This document shows, in pieces, positions 42,686-52,855 of a stretch of DNA of 64,000 bases; the first letter of the stretch is position 1, and every line of letters begins with the position of its first letter. This DNA is from Natronohydrobacter sp. GTDB lineage: Bacteria > Pseudomonadota > Alphaproteobacteria > Rhodobacterales > Rhodobacteraceae. The stretch covers positions 20,795 through 84,794 of the forward strand of contig JAUVXF010000012.1 in the NCBI GenBank assembly GCA_030603695.1. The letters run 5' to 3'. A program made the translations under genes and the position numbers. The notes under the pieces were generated by a model that worked only from the letters and a program-made list of their open reading frames with translations, was not told where the DNA came from and made no database searches.

Positions 42686-43048
42686 TCAGCGTACGATCTG
42701 GCCGCCGGAAAGCTTCCAATCCTGCAAGCTGCCCAGATTATACACTTCGGCAAAGCCATTCGCGGCCATCTGTTGCGCCGCGCGCCCTGACCGCGCGCCA
42801 GAGGCGCAATATAGCGCCACCGCCTTGTCGCGAGAGAGTTTGCGGTTGAAATGCCCGCTGGCCGGGTCGGTTTGCGCGCCGATGTCGGATAGCGGGATAT
42901 GCAGCGCGCCTTTGGCTTTGCCGCTTTGGCGCAATTCCCCTGCTTCGCGCACATCAATCAATGTCAGCGTGCCGGCGGCAGCGCGGGCCACGGCCTCTGA
43001 CGGGTTGATGCGCTGCGCGTTGGCCTTGGGTTTGAGAAATGAAAACAT
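42686..43048 (-). CDS. Single-domain rhodanese-like sulfurtransferase
   Basis: 120 aa with LIDVRE and the active-site loop YCASGARS. Confidence 0.8.
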   Translation of the reverse strand: MFSFLKPKANAQRINPSEAVARAAAGTLTLIDVREAGELRQSGKAKGALHIPLSDIGAQTDPASGHFNRKLSRDKAVALYCASGARSGRAAQQMAANGFAEVYNLGSLQDWKLSGGQIVR

Positions 43049-43167
43049 GGTGGCATCCTTTTGGGGTTTGGCTCTCTATGCGCCAATAATTCAAAAATTG
43101 CAATCTATAAATTCAAACCTCTGCATATGTTGTCATTTCCGCGCCCTCGCGCCGAATTTCTGCACAT

Positions 43168-43182
43168 GTTTACTCTTTGTTC
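43168..43182 (+). promoter_or_regulatory. Candidate alphaproteobacterial LexA (SOS) box GTTT-N7-GTTC upstream of uvrA
   Basis: One mismatch to the GTTC-N7-GTTC direct repeat, 78 nt upstream of the uvrA ATG, in an AT-rich divergent promoter region. Confidence 0.4.
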
Positions 43183-43259
43183 GCATATTTTGGTTGGAGA
43201 CTCGGCCCAACCTCTCTATCTTGCGGCTTTGGGCGCGTAAGGCGCAGTTGGGGGCGTGA

Positions 43260-46112
43260 ATGTCTGAGCAGAAATTCATCGAAGTGCGCGGCGCGCGCGA
43301 ACATAATCTGAAGAATATCGATGTCACCTTGCCCCGTGACAAGCTGGTGGTCATCACCGGGCTGTCGGGCTCGGGGAAATCCAGCCTCGCCTTTGATACC
43401 ATCTATGCCGAAGGGCAAAGGCGCTATGTCGAATCGCTAAGCGCCTATGCGCGGCAGTTTCTGGATATGATGCAAAAGCCGGATATGGATCATATCTCCG
43501 GCCTCTCGCCCGCGATTTCGATAGAGCAGAAAACCACCAGCAAGAACCCCCGTTCCACTGTCGGCACGGTGACGGAAATTTACGATTACATGCGCTTGCT
43601 CTTTGCCCGCGCAGGCACGCCCTACAGCCCCGCCACGGGCCAGCCCATCGAAGCGCAGCAAGTGCAGGATATGGTTGATCGCATCATGGAGATGCCAGAG
43701 GGCACGCGCGCCTATCTGCTGGCCCCCATCGTGCGCGACCGCAAGGGCGAATACCGCAAGGAATTTCTGGATTTGCGCAAGCAGGGGTTCCAGCGGGTAA
43801 AGGTGGACGGGCAGTTTTACGAACTGGACGAACCGCCCACGCTGGACAAGAAATTCCGCCATGACATTGATGTGGTTGTGGATCGTCTGGTGGTGCGCCC
43901 CGGTCTGGAAACGCGGCTGGCCGACAGTTTGCGCACAGCGCTTGATCTGGCCGATGGCATTGCCGTTCTGGAAGAGGCGACCGAAGAGGGCACGCGCATC
44001 ACCTTCAGCGAGAAATTTGCCTGCCCTGTCAGTGGCTTTACCATATCCGAGATTGAACCACGGCTGTTTTCCTTCAACGCGCCATCGGGGGCTTGCCCCG
44101 ATTGTGACGGGCTGGGGGTAGAGCTGTTCTTTGACGAGCGCCTTGTTGTGCCGGATGCCGCACTACGGCTGGCCGATGGGGCGATTGCGCCATGGCGCAA
44201 GGGCAAATCGCCCTATTTCCTGCAAACCATCGAATCGCTGGCCAAGCATTACGAATTCGATTCCCGCACCCCATGGAAAGACCTGCCCGCCCATGTGAAG
44301 CAGGTGTTCCTGCATGGCTCCAATGACGAGGAATTGCCCTTCCGCTATGACGAAGGGGGGCGGGTTTACAACGTGACCCGCGCCTTTGAAGGGGTGATCC
44401 CGAATATGGAACGGCGCTACCGCGAAACCGACAGTGCCTGGATACGCGAAGAGTTTGAGCGCTATCAGAACCAGCGCGCCTGCGGCACATGCGGTGGCCA
44501 CAGGCTGAAACCCGAAGCGCTGGCGGTAAAGATTGGCGGGTTGCATATCGGGCAGGTGACAGAGATGTCCATCCGCGAGGCTTATGCCTGGGTGGAAGGC
44601 GTGCCAGACAGCCTGAGCAAGCAGAAAAACGAAATCGCCCGCGCAATCCTGAAAGAAATCCGCGAGAGGATTGGCTTTCTGGTGAATGTGGGCCTGGATT
44701 ACCTGACATTGGGGCGCCATGCAGGCACGCTTTCTGGGGGCGAAAGCCAGCGCATCCGGCTGGCCAGCCAGATCGGCTCTGGCCTGACAGGGGTTTTGTA
44801 TGTGCTGGATGAACCCAGCATCGGCCTGCACCAGCGCGACAATGACCGCCTGCTGACAACGCTGAGAAACCTGCGCGATCAGGGCAATACGGTGCTGGTG
44901 GTTGAACATGATGAAGAGGCCATTCGCACTGCCGATTTTGTGCTGGATATCGGCCCCGGTGCGGGCGTGCATGGCGGCCGCGTGGTGGCACAGGGCACCC
45001 CGGCAGAGATTATGGCAGACCCGGCCAGCCTGACAGGCCAGTATCTGAGCGGCGCGCGCGAAATCGCGGTTCCCAAAGAGCGGCGCAAGGGCAATGGCAA
45101 GAAACTGACAGTGGTCAAAGCCAGCGGCAACAACCTGCGCGAGGTGACGGTGGATTTCCCGCTTGGGAAATTTGTTTGCGTCACAGGGGTTTCGGGGGGT
45201 GGCAAATCCACCCTCACGATTGAAACCTTGTTCAAAACGGCCTCCATGCGTCTGAACGGCGCGCGCCAGACCCCTGCCCCTTGCGAAACCATCAAGGGGC
45301 TGGAGCAGTTGGACAAGGTGATTGATATTGACCAACGCCCGATTGGCCGCACGCCGCGTTCCAACCCTGCCACCTATACCGGCGCTTTCGGCCCCATCCG
45401 CGACTGGTTCGCGGGCCTGCCCGAATCACGGGCGCGCGGGTATAAACCGGGGCGGTTTTCCTTCAACGTCAAAGGTGGGCGGTGCGAGGCCTGCCAAGGC
45501 GACGGGGTGCTGAAGATTGAGATGAATTTTCTGCCCGATGTCTATGTCACCTGCGAAACCTGCAAGGGCAAGCGCTACAACCGCGAAACGCTGGAAGTGC
45601 TGTTCAAAGGCAAATCCATTGCCGATGTGCTGGATATGACAGTGGAAGAGGCGCAAGACTTCTTTACCGCCGTTCCCGCCATCCGCGAAAAGATGGATGC
45701 GCTGATGCGTGTGGGCTTGGGCTATATCAAGGTTGGCCAACAAGCCACCACCCTTTCGGGGGGCGAGGCGCAGCGCGTGAAACTGTCCAAAGAACTCGCG
45801 CGCCGATCCACAGGCAGGACGCTGTATATTCTGGACGAACCCACAACCGGCCTGCATTTTGAAGATGTGCGCAAGCTGTTGGAAGTGCTGCATGAACTGG
45901 TGGATCAGGGCAATACTGTGGTGGTGATTGAACATAATCTGGATGTGGTGAAAACCGCCGATTGGATTATTGATATCGGGCCAGAGGGCGGCGATGGTGG
46001 CGGGCAGGTGGTGGCCCTTGGCACGCCAGAACAGGTGGCCGCGACAGAGGCCAGCCATACCGGGCACTATCTGGCCCCCTTGCTGCGGCCGGGGCGTGTG
46101 GCCGCCGAATAA
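43260..46112 (+). CDS. uvrA: Excinuclease ABC subunit A (UvrA)
   Basis: 950 aa. N-terminus [50 protein letters not shown], with two ABC modules and zinc fingers. Confidence 0.97.
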   Translation: MSEQKFIEVRGAREHNLKNIDVTLPRDKLVVITGLSGSGKSSLAFDTIYAEGQRRYVESLSAYARQFLDMMQKPDMDHISGLSPAISIEQKTTSKNPRSTVGTVTEIYDYMRLLFARAGTPYSPATGQPIEAQQVQDMVDRIMEMPEGTRAYLLAPIVRDRKGEYRKEFLDLRKQGFQRVKVDGQFYELDEPPTLDKKFRHDIDVVVDRLVVRPGLETRLADSLRTALDLADGIAVLEEATEEGTRITFSEKFACPVSGFTISEIEPRLFSFNAPSGACPDCDGLGVELFFDERLVVPDAALRLADGAIAPWRKGKSPYFLQTIESLAKHYEFDSRTPWKDLPAHVKQVFLHGSNDEELPFRYDEGGRVYNVTRAFEGVIPNMERRYRETDSAWIREEFERYQNQRACGTCGGHRLKPEALAVKIGGLHIGQVTEMSIREAYAWVEGVPDSLSKQKNEIARAILKEIRERIGFLVNVGLDYLTLGRHAGTLSGGESQRIRLASQIGSGLTGVLYVLDEPSIGLHQRDNDRLLTTLRNLRDQGNTVLVVEHDEEAIRTADFVLDIGPGAGVHGGRVVAQGTPAEIMADPASLTGQYLSGAREIAVPKERRKGNGKKLTVVKASGNNLREVTVDFPLGKFVCVTGVSGGGKSTLTIETLFKTASMRLNGARQTPAPCETIKGLEQLDKVIDIDQRPIGRTPRSNPATYTGAFGPIRDWFAGLPESRARGYKPGRFSFNVKGGRCEACQGDGVLKIEMNFLPDVYVTCETCKGKRYNRETLEVLFKGKSIADVLDMTVEEAQDFFTAVPAIREKMDALMRVGLGYIKVGQQATTLSGGEAQRVKLSKELARRSTGRTLYILDEPTTGLHFEDVRKLLEVLHELVDQGNTVVVIEHNLDVVKTADWIIDIGPEGGDGGGQVVALGTPEQVAATEASHTGHYLAPLLRPGRVAAE

Positions 46113-46126
46113 GGCGCAAAATCTGC

Positions 46127-46161
46127 GGCGGGGCGGGGCTGCGCCCTTCCCCCGCCCCGCC
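46127..46161 (+). terminator. GC-rich hairpin after uvrA (12-bp stem GGCGGGGCGGGG / CCCCGCCCCGCC)
   Basis: Read directly. There is no U-tract. Confidence 0.35.
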
Positions 46162-46181
46162 CGCTTGGCTATGCTGGCGGC

Positions 46182-49100
46182 ATGAGTAATTTGCCCCGCT
46201 TCATTCACTTGCGCACCCATACGGAATATTCGCTTCTTGAAGGCGCTATTCCGTTGAAAAAGCTTCTCAAGGATTGCGCCGCAAAGGGCTATCCGGCGGT
46301 TGCTGTCACCGATACCGACAACATGTTCGCCGCGCTGGAATTTTCGGTTCTGGCTTCTGGCTCTGGCATCCAGCCCATTCTGGGCTGTCAGATATCGCTG
46401 GCCTATGACCCGCCCGCGCCGGGGGAAAAGCTGCGCCTGCCTGCGCCTGTGGTGCTGCTGGCGCAATCCGAGCGCGGCTATATGAACCTGATGAAGCTGA
46501 ATTCCTGCCTGTATCTGCCCAAGGACAGGCCGGTTCCGCAGGTTACGATTGAGGAATTGGAACAGTATAGCGCGGGGCTGATTTGCCTGTCTGGCGGGGC
46601 CGAAGGGGCCGTGGGCAAGCTGATCCAAACCAACCAGATGCCCAAGGCCCGCGCGCTGATGGAACGGCTGGCCGCAATTTACCCCGGCAGGCTGTATGTG
46701 GAATTGCAGCGCCACGCCACGCCCGGCGGGCAGATGATGGAGGCCGAGCGCCTGACAGAGCGCGCCTTTGTCGAAATGGCGCATGCGCTGGCCTTGCCGC
46801 TGGTGGCCACAAATGACGCCTATTTCCCCAAACCCGACATGTACGAGGCCCATGATGCGCTGTTATGCATCAAGGAAGGCACCTATGTGGATCAATCCGC
46901 GCCGCGCCGCCGTCTGACCCCGCAACATTACCTCAAATCCCCCGAAGAGATGGCAGCCCTCTTCGCCGATCTGCCCGAAGCGCTGGAAACAACAGTCGAG
47001 ATTGCCCAGCGCTGCGCCTATAAGGCCGAAAAACGCGCGCCCATCCTGCCCCGCTTTGCCGAGGATGAGGTGGAAGAATTGCGCCGACAGGCGAGAGAGG
47101 GGCTGGCCGCGCGGCTGGCCGTGATCCCCCATGCCGCCCCGGTGGAAGAGTATGAAAAGCGGCTGGAATTTGAATTGGGCATCATCGAGGGCATGGGCTT
47201 TCCCGGCTATTTTCTGATCGTTGCCGATTTCATCAAATGGGCCAAGGATAATGATATTCCCGTGGGGCCGGGGCGGGGGTCTGGGGCGGGCAGCCTAGTG
47301 GCCTATGCGCTGACAATCACCGATCTTGACCCCTTGCGCTATGCGCTGCTGTTCGAGCGGTTTTTGAACCCAGAACGCGTGTCCATGCCCGATTTCGATA
47401 TCGATTTCTGCATGGACAGGCGCGAAGAGGTGATCCGCTACACCCAAGACAAATATGGCCATGACAAGGTGGGCCAGATCATCACCTTTGGCGCGCTCTT
47501 GTCCAAGGCCGCCGTGCGCGATGTGGGGCGAGTGCTGCAACTGCCTTATGGGCAGGTGGACAAGCTGTCAAAGCTGATCCCGGTGGAAGGGGTGAAACCT
47601 GTCAGCATTGAAAAGGCGCTGGCCGATGAACCCCGCCTGCGAGAGGCCGCCAAGGCCGAAGAAGTGGTTGACCGCCTTCTGACCCATGCGCAAAAGGTGG
47701 AAGGGCTGTTGCGCAACGCCTCTACCCATGCCGCGGGGGTGGTAATTGGTGACAGGCCGCTGGACGAGCTTGTGCCGCTTTACCGCGATCCGAAATCAAA
47801 CATGCCCGCCACCCAGTTCAATATGAAATGGGTCGAAGCGGCGGGGCTGGTGAAGTTTGACTTTCTGGGCCTGAAAACCCTGACAGTTATCCAGAACGCG
47901 GTTGATCTGCTTAAGCGCCGCGGCGTGGCGCTGGATATCGCCGCCATCCCGCTGGATGACAAACCGACATATGATCTCTATGCCTCGGCGCGTACTGTGG
48001 CCGTGTTTCAGGTGGAAAGTTCGGGCATGATGGATGCGCTGCGGCGCATGAAACCCACCTGCATTGAAGATATCGTGGCGCTTGTGGCGCTCTATCGCCC
48101 CGGCCCGATGGAAAATATCCCCACCTATTGCGAAGTGAAAAACGGCCTGCGGCCCTTGGAATCCATCCACCCCTCGATTGATTTCATTCTGGAGGAAACG
48201 CAGGGCATTATCGTTTACCAAGAACAGGTGATGCAGATTGCACAGGTCATGGCGGGCTAGTCCCTTGGCGGCGCAGACCTGCTGCGCCGCGCGATGGGCA
48301 AAAAGATTGCCGAAGAAATGGCCAAGGAACGGCCAAAATTCGTGCAAGGCGCCGTTGCCAATGGGGTGGATCAGAAAAAGGCCGGCGAGGTATTCGACCT
48401 GCTGGAAAAATTCGCCAATTACGGCTTCAACAAATCCCATGCGGCGGCTTATGCCGTTGTCAGCTATCAAACCGCCTATCTGAAAGCCAATTACCCTGTC
48501 GAATTCATGGCGGGGGTGATGAATTGCGATCTGCACCTGACAGAGAAACTGGCCGTCTATAAGCGCGAAGTTGACAGGATGGAGATTGCCGTCATCCCGC
48601 CCTGTGTAAACCGGTCGCGCGCGCGCTTTGACGTGAAGGATGGCGCGCGTGTCTATGCCTTGGGCGCGCTGAAAAATGTGGGCGTGGATGCCATGCGCCT
48701 GATAGTGGACGGGCGCGGGGACAAACCCTTTGCCACCCTCTTTGATCTTGCCCGCCGGGTGGATCTGAAACGCGTAGGCAAACGCCCGCTGGAAATGCTG
48801 GCCCGCGCTGGCGCTTTTGACCAGCTGGAACGCAACCGCAAGCGCGTGTTCGACAGTCTGGATGCGCTGGTGGGCTATTCCGCCGCCATTCACGAGGCCC
48901 GCGCATCCAACCAAGTGTCACTCTTTGGCGAGGCAGGCGCGGATATTCCCGAACCAAGGCTAAGCGCCTGTGATGATTGGTTGCCCACCGAACGGCTGGG
49001 GCAGGAACATCAGGCAATCGGCTTTTACCTTTCCGGCCATCCGCTGGATGATTACGCAGGGCCATTGCGCCGCAAACAGGTGCTGACATTGGCCGAGATA

Positions 49101-49625
49101 GAGAAAAAGGCGGCAGGCGGGCCGTTTGTGGCCAAGATTGCAGGCGCGGTATCGGGGCGGCAGGAACGCAAATCCGCGCGCGGCAACCGCTTCGCTTTTG
49201 TGCAACTGTCAGACCCGACAGGGCTGTATGAGGTGACTGTCTTCTCTGACACATTGGAAGCCGGGCGGCAGTATCTGGAAACGGGGCAAAATGTGGTTCT
49301 CACCGTCGAGGCCACGATGGAGGCCGAAACCCTGAAACTGCTAGCGCGCGGCGTGCAACCTGTGGATGCCGTTGTCGCAGATGCAGGCGCGGCAGGGCTG
49401 CGGGTGCATGTCGATGCGCCAGAGGCGATTTCCGCGGTCGCAGCCCTTCTGGCGCGGCACAAAGACGGGCCAACCCGCGCGCGCGGGCCTGTGTGGTTTT
49501 GCGTGGCGGATCGCGCACAAGGGCGGGAATATGATATCGATTCCGGGCAGGTATTTGCCATAACACCACAGATCAAAGGCGCGGTGAAATCCTTGGGCGG
49601 GGTGGTGATGGTGGAAGAGATGTGA
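46182..49625 (+). pseudogene. dnaE: DNA polymerase III alpha subunit DnaE, reading frame interrupted by one in-frame TAG (48258..48260)
   Basis: ORFs 46182..48260 (PHP and polymerase core) and 48294..49625 are in the same frame. The junction reads VMQIAQVMAG-TAG-SLGGADLLRRAMGKK, where family members have Tyr at the stop position. Confidence 0.9.
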
Positions 49626-49728
49626 GGGCAATTCCAAGGGAGGGTTGCAAATACAATTCAAATCTTCTCCAACAAACGCAATACAATTTATCTTATATAT
49701 TTCATATATTTATATTTAAAGAAAGAGT

Positions 49729-50418
49729 TTGCACTTGCACGCAGAAGCCCTGCCAACGCTATACATTTTCTTGGATGAAGGTGGAAATTTTGACTTTTCC
49801 CGCAGCGGGACAAGGTTCTTTACCCTTACCTGTGTTAGCCTCTACAGGCCGTTCCGGCTGCATACCGCGCTGGATACCTACAAATACAATCTGATCGAGC
49901 ATCGCATAAAACCGCGTATTGAGATGGAATATTTCCACTGCGCAAATGACAATCGGCATGTGCGTAGCAAGGTGTTTGAAATGCTCGGCCAAGAGGTGCC
50001 GCGAGAGTCGGTTGATGCCGTGATTGTGGAAAAGTGCAAAACCGGCCCGGCGCTACAGGCGCCAGAAAAATTCTATCCAAAGATGCTTGGCTATCTGCTT
50101 CGCTTCGCAATTGAGAAAGCGGCGCATGGACTGGGCGAAGTGGTGGTCATAACCGACAGCTTGCCTGTTGCCGGCAAGCGCAAGGCCATTGAGAAAGCCA
50201 TCAAAACGACCCTTGCAGAGATGCTGCCAGATCGCACCCCTTACCGCGTCATGCACCATTCATCGAGCGCACATTATGGCTTGCAGATTGCCGATTACTT
50301 CAACTGGGCGATCTTTCGGAAATGGGAGCACGAAGACCCTGACGCATTCCAGAGCATTGCCCCACAAATGCGCAGCGAATTTGAAATTTTCCGCCATGGG
50401 GCGCGCAGATATTATTGA
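49729..50418 (+). CDS. DUF3800 family protein (function unknown)
   Basis: N-terminal YIFLDEGGNFDF and C-terminal YGLQIADYFNWAI resemble the two conserved DUF3800 blocks. No in-frame ATG lies near the 5' end. The start is TTG at 49729 or 49735 after GAAAGAG. The gene and its leader are visibly AT-richer than the flanks. Confidence 0.7.
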   Translation: MHLHAEALPTLYIFLDEGGNFDFSRSGTRFFTLTCVSLYRPFRLHTALDTYKYNLIEHRIKPRIEMEYFHCANDNRHVRSKVFEMLGQEVPRESVDAVIVEKCKTGPALQAPEKFYPKMLGYLLRFAIEKAAHGLGEVVVITDSLPVAGKRKAIEKAIKTTLAEMLPDRTPYRVMHHSSSAHYGLQIADYFNWAIFRKWEHEDPDAFQSIAPQMRSEFEIFRHGARRYY

Positions 50419-50445
50419 ACAATGACCCCCCCGACTACCTTTCGG

Positions 50446-50463
50446 AAAACCCCTTGGGTTTTT
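50446..50463. terminator. Rho-independent terminator (AAAACCC-CTT-GGGTTTT plus T) after the DUF3800 gene, usable from both strands
   Basis: Read directly. It is nested inside a CCCCCCCGA / TCGGGGGGG inverted repeat (50426..50476). Confidence 0.55.
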
Positions 50464-50540
50464 GTCATCGGGGGGGAACCTTTATGAGATGCATATCAGA
50501 CAAATCGTAAATTTCAAGTTACGATCCTGTGCATCTGCTA

Positions 50541-51497
50541 TCAACCGGCAATCATTTCCGCCTGACGCACGATCACTTCCGCCTGTTTGATCGAAGCGAT
50601 ATCCACCAGACGGCCCTTATAGACAGTCGCCCCCTCGCCGCGCGCTTTGGCGGCTGTCATCGCGTCCAGAATCTCGCGCGCCTCGGCTACCGCTTCGTCA
50701 GACGGGGTAAACACCTCATTGGCCAGCGCCACCTGTTTGGGATGGATCGCCCATTTGCCCACCATCCCCAGCGTGGCAGAGCGCCGCGCCTGGGCGCGAA
50801 AGCCCTCATCATCCGAGAAATCCCCAAATGGCCCATCCACTGGCAAAACCCCATGTGTGCGGCAGGCGGCCACAATGGCCGATTGCGCCCAATGCCACGG
50901 GTCTGACCAATATCTCTCTGCGCCGCGCTGCATGTAGTAATTCTCTTGCGTGCCGCCAATTCCGGTGGTCGCCATGCCCATGGAGGCCGCGAAATCGGCC
51001 GCGCCAAGGCTCATGGCCTGCAAGCGGGGGCTGGAGGCTGCGATTTCTTCCACATGCGCAATCCCGGCCGCGGATTCGATGATCACCTCAAAGCTGATAC
51101 GCTTTGCGCGCCCCTTGGCGGCTTCGATGCTGGAAACCAGCGCATCCACGGCATAGACATCTGCCGCGCAGCCCACTTTGGGGATCATGATCTGATCCAG
51201 CCTTTCGCCCGCCTGTTCCAGTAGTTCCACCACATCACGATACCAAAAGGGTGTATCAAGGCCATTGATGCGCACAGACAGGGTTTTATTGCCCCATTCC
51301 ACCTCATGCGTGGCCTTGATGATATTGGCGCGCGCACTGTCCTTGTCAGACGGCGCAACCGAATCTTCCAGATCCAGATTGATCACATCCGCGCTTGAGG
51401 CCGCCATCTTCTCAAACAAGGCCACGCGCGAGCCGGGGCCGAATAACTGGCAGCGATTGGGGCGGGCAACGGGTGCAGGCTGGATGCGAAAGCTCAT
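50541..51497 (-). CDS. mcl1: L-malyl-CoA/beta-methylmalyl-CoA lyase (HpcH/CitE family, ethylmalonyl-CoA pathway)
   Basis: ATG at 51497 gives MSFRIQPAPVARPNRCQLFGPGSRVALFEKMAASSADVINLDLEDSVAP, very similar to Rhodobacter Mcl1. The 765-aa track ORF is an upstream antisense extension. Confidence 0.9.
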   Translation of the reverse strand: MSFRIQPAPVARPNRCQLFGPGSRVALFEKMAASSADVINLDLEDSVAPSDKDSARANIIKATHEVEWGNKTLSVRINGLDTPFWYRDVVELLEQAGERLDQIMIPKVGCAADVYAVDALVSSIEAAKGRAKRISFEVIIESAAGIAHVEEIAASSPRLQAMSLGAADFAASMGMATTGIGGTQENYYMQRGAERYWSDPWHWAQSAIVAACRTHGVLPVDGPFGDFSDDEGFRAQARRSATLGMVGKWAIHPKQVALANEVFTPSDEAVAEAREILDAMTAAKARGEGATVYKGRLVDIASIKQAEVIVRQAEMIAG

Positions 51498-51770
51498 GGC
51501 GAAACCTTTCGAGTCAGGAAATTTCGGAATATGTGGGGCTGTGGTTATATTCTTGCGCAGACCCCTGCAAGCAAATTTCTGCACCTGCGAAAACACGGGG
51601 CTGGGCGCGCAGATTTGACGTATTGCGCACGAAAACTGTGCGAATACTGCAATTAATGCATGATCCTTCGAATAAATCTGCAAGAATGTCGCAAAATCAC
51701 GAATACATTGCCTGTGATTTGGGCGAAACTTCGCCAAAGACTGCTCCCCCCATGCCAACCGGAGGCCGCC

Positions 51771-52772
51771 ATGATCGAAACCCCCTATCTGTTGTTTCTG
51801 GGCGATGCGCCCGATGCGCTGGCCGCGAAAGTGGCGCAGGGCATAAAGGACTGGCGCCCAGAGTTTGCGCTTGGACAGTTCCGTATGGAGGGCTGCAAAG
51901 CCGATATGAAATTGCCCGATATGACGCTGGCTCAGGCCAAGGCAGCAGGCGCGAAAACCCTGGTGATTGGTGTGGCCAATCGCGGCGGCGTCATCTCTGC
52001 GGCCTGGAAAAAAGTGCTGGTTGCCGCGCTGGAGGAAGGGTTTGATCTGGCCTCTGGCCTGCATAACCTGTTGCGCGACGAGCCTGACCTGAAAGCCGTG
52101 GCCCAAGCCTGCGGGCGCCAGCTGCACGATGTGCGCGTTCCTGCGGTGGCCTATCCGATTGCCAATGGCATAAAGCGCAGCGGCAAGCGCTGCCTGGCCG
52201 TGGGCACGGATTGTTCCGTAGGGAAGATGTACACGGCGCTGTGCATGGAACGCGAGATGGTCGCGCGCGGCATGAAGGCCAGCTTCCGCGCCACCGGCCA
52301 GACAGGTATCCTGATTACCGGCGATGGCGTGCCGCTGGATGCGGTGATCGCCGATTTCATGGCGGGTTCGGTGGAATGGCTGACCCCGGACAATGACCCC
52401 GACCATTGGGATCTGATAGAGGGGCAAGGAAGCCTGTTTCATGTGTCTTATTCCGGGGTCACGCTGGCGCTGATCCATGGCGGCCAGCCCGATGCGCTGA
52501 TCCTGAGCCATGAGCCAAGCCGCGCGCATATGCGCGGCCTGCCGGGTTATGCCCTGCCTTCGCTGGAAGATTTGCGCGATATGGCGCTGGCTTTGGCGCG
52601 GGTGGCCAACCCCGACTGCGCGGTGGTGGGGATTTCGATCAACACCGCCGCGCTCTCGGATGCAGAGGCGCTGGCCTATTGTGCCGAAGTGGAAGCGCGC
52701 ATGGGCTTGCCAACGGTTGACCCCTTCCGCCACGGGGCCGGGCGTCTGGTGGATGCGTTGCAAGCGCTGTAA
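51771..52772 (+). CDS. dgcN: DUF1611 family protein (DgcN-like putative D-glutamate N-acetyltransferase)
   Basis: ATG at 51771 after GGAGG. MIETPYLLFLGDAPD...GTDCSVGKMYTAL...GQGSLFHVSYSGVTLALIHG matches the DUF1611 pattern. It is paired with an enolase-superfamily epimerase gene. Confidence 0.7.
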   Translation: MIETPYLLFLGDAPDALAAKVAQGIKDWRPEFALGQFRMEGCKADMKLPDMTLAQAKAAGAKTLVIGVANRGGVISAAWKKVLVAALEEGFDLASGLHNLLRDEPDLKAVAQACGRQLHDVRVPAVAYPIANGIKRSGKRCLAVGTDCSVGKMYTALCMEREMVARGMKASFRATGQTGILITGDGVPLDAVIADFMAGSVEWLTPDNDPDHWDLIEGQGSLFHVSYSGVTLALIHGGQPDALILSHEPSRAHMRGLPGYALPSLEDLRDMALALARVANPDCAVVGISINTAALSDAEALAYCAEVEARMGLPTVDPFRHGAGRLVDALQAL

Positions 52773-52855
52773 TCGGGGCACAGAGGGGCTTTGCCCCTCT
52801 TGGCCTGCGGCCAATTCACCCCAGGATATTTTTGCCAAGATGAAAGGGCCAAAGC

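Noticed and set aside
43155-43165. 11-mer AATTTCTGCAC shared between the uvrA upstream region and the mcl1/DUF1611 intergenic region (about 51574..51584)
   Set aside because: Chance 11-mer matches are expected many times in a 64-kb window read on both strands, and there is no extended similarity around it.
48258-48260. The dnaE interruption as an intein, programmed frameshift, or pyrrolysine/selenocysteine recoding
   Set aside because: The flanking residues are contiguous with the conserved DnaE motif, so nothing is inserted. The frame is unchanged. The expected residue is Tyr. No recoding elements or pyl/sel genes are visible in the window.
49626-50540. Calling the DUF3800 islet a mobile element
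   Set aside because: I saw no integrase, transposase, tRNA target or flanking direct repeats. The only repeat is a short C7GA/TCG7 inverted repeat on one side. Horizontal origin is suggested by composition only.
51600-51650. Imperfect inverted repeat TATTGCGCAC-N7-GTGCGAATAC in the mcl1/DUF1611 divergent promoter as a regulator binding site
   Set aside because: The arms do not align without a gap, and I know of no matching motif. It is too weak to report as a site.
51498-52838. N-terminal ~446-aa extension of the 765-aa minus-strand ORF containing mcl1
   Set aside because: Only the last 318 codons match malyl-CoA lyase, starting at a clean ATG (51497). The extension runs antisense through the DUF1611 gene and the divergent promoter region and has shadow-ORF composition.
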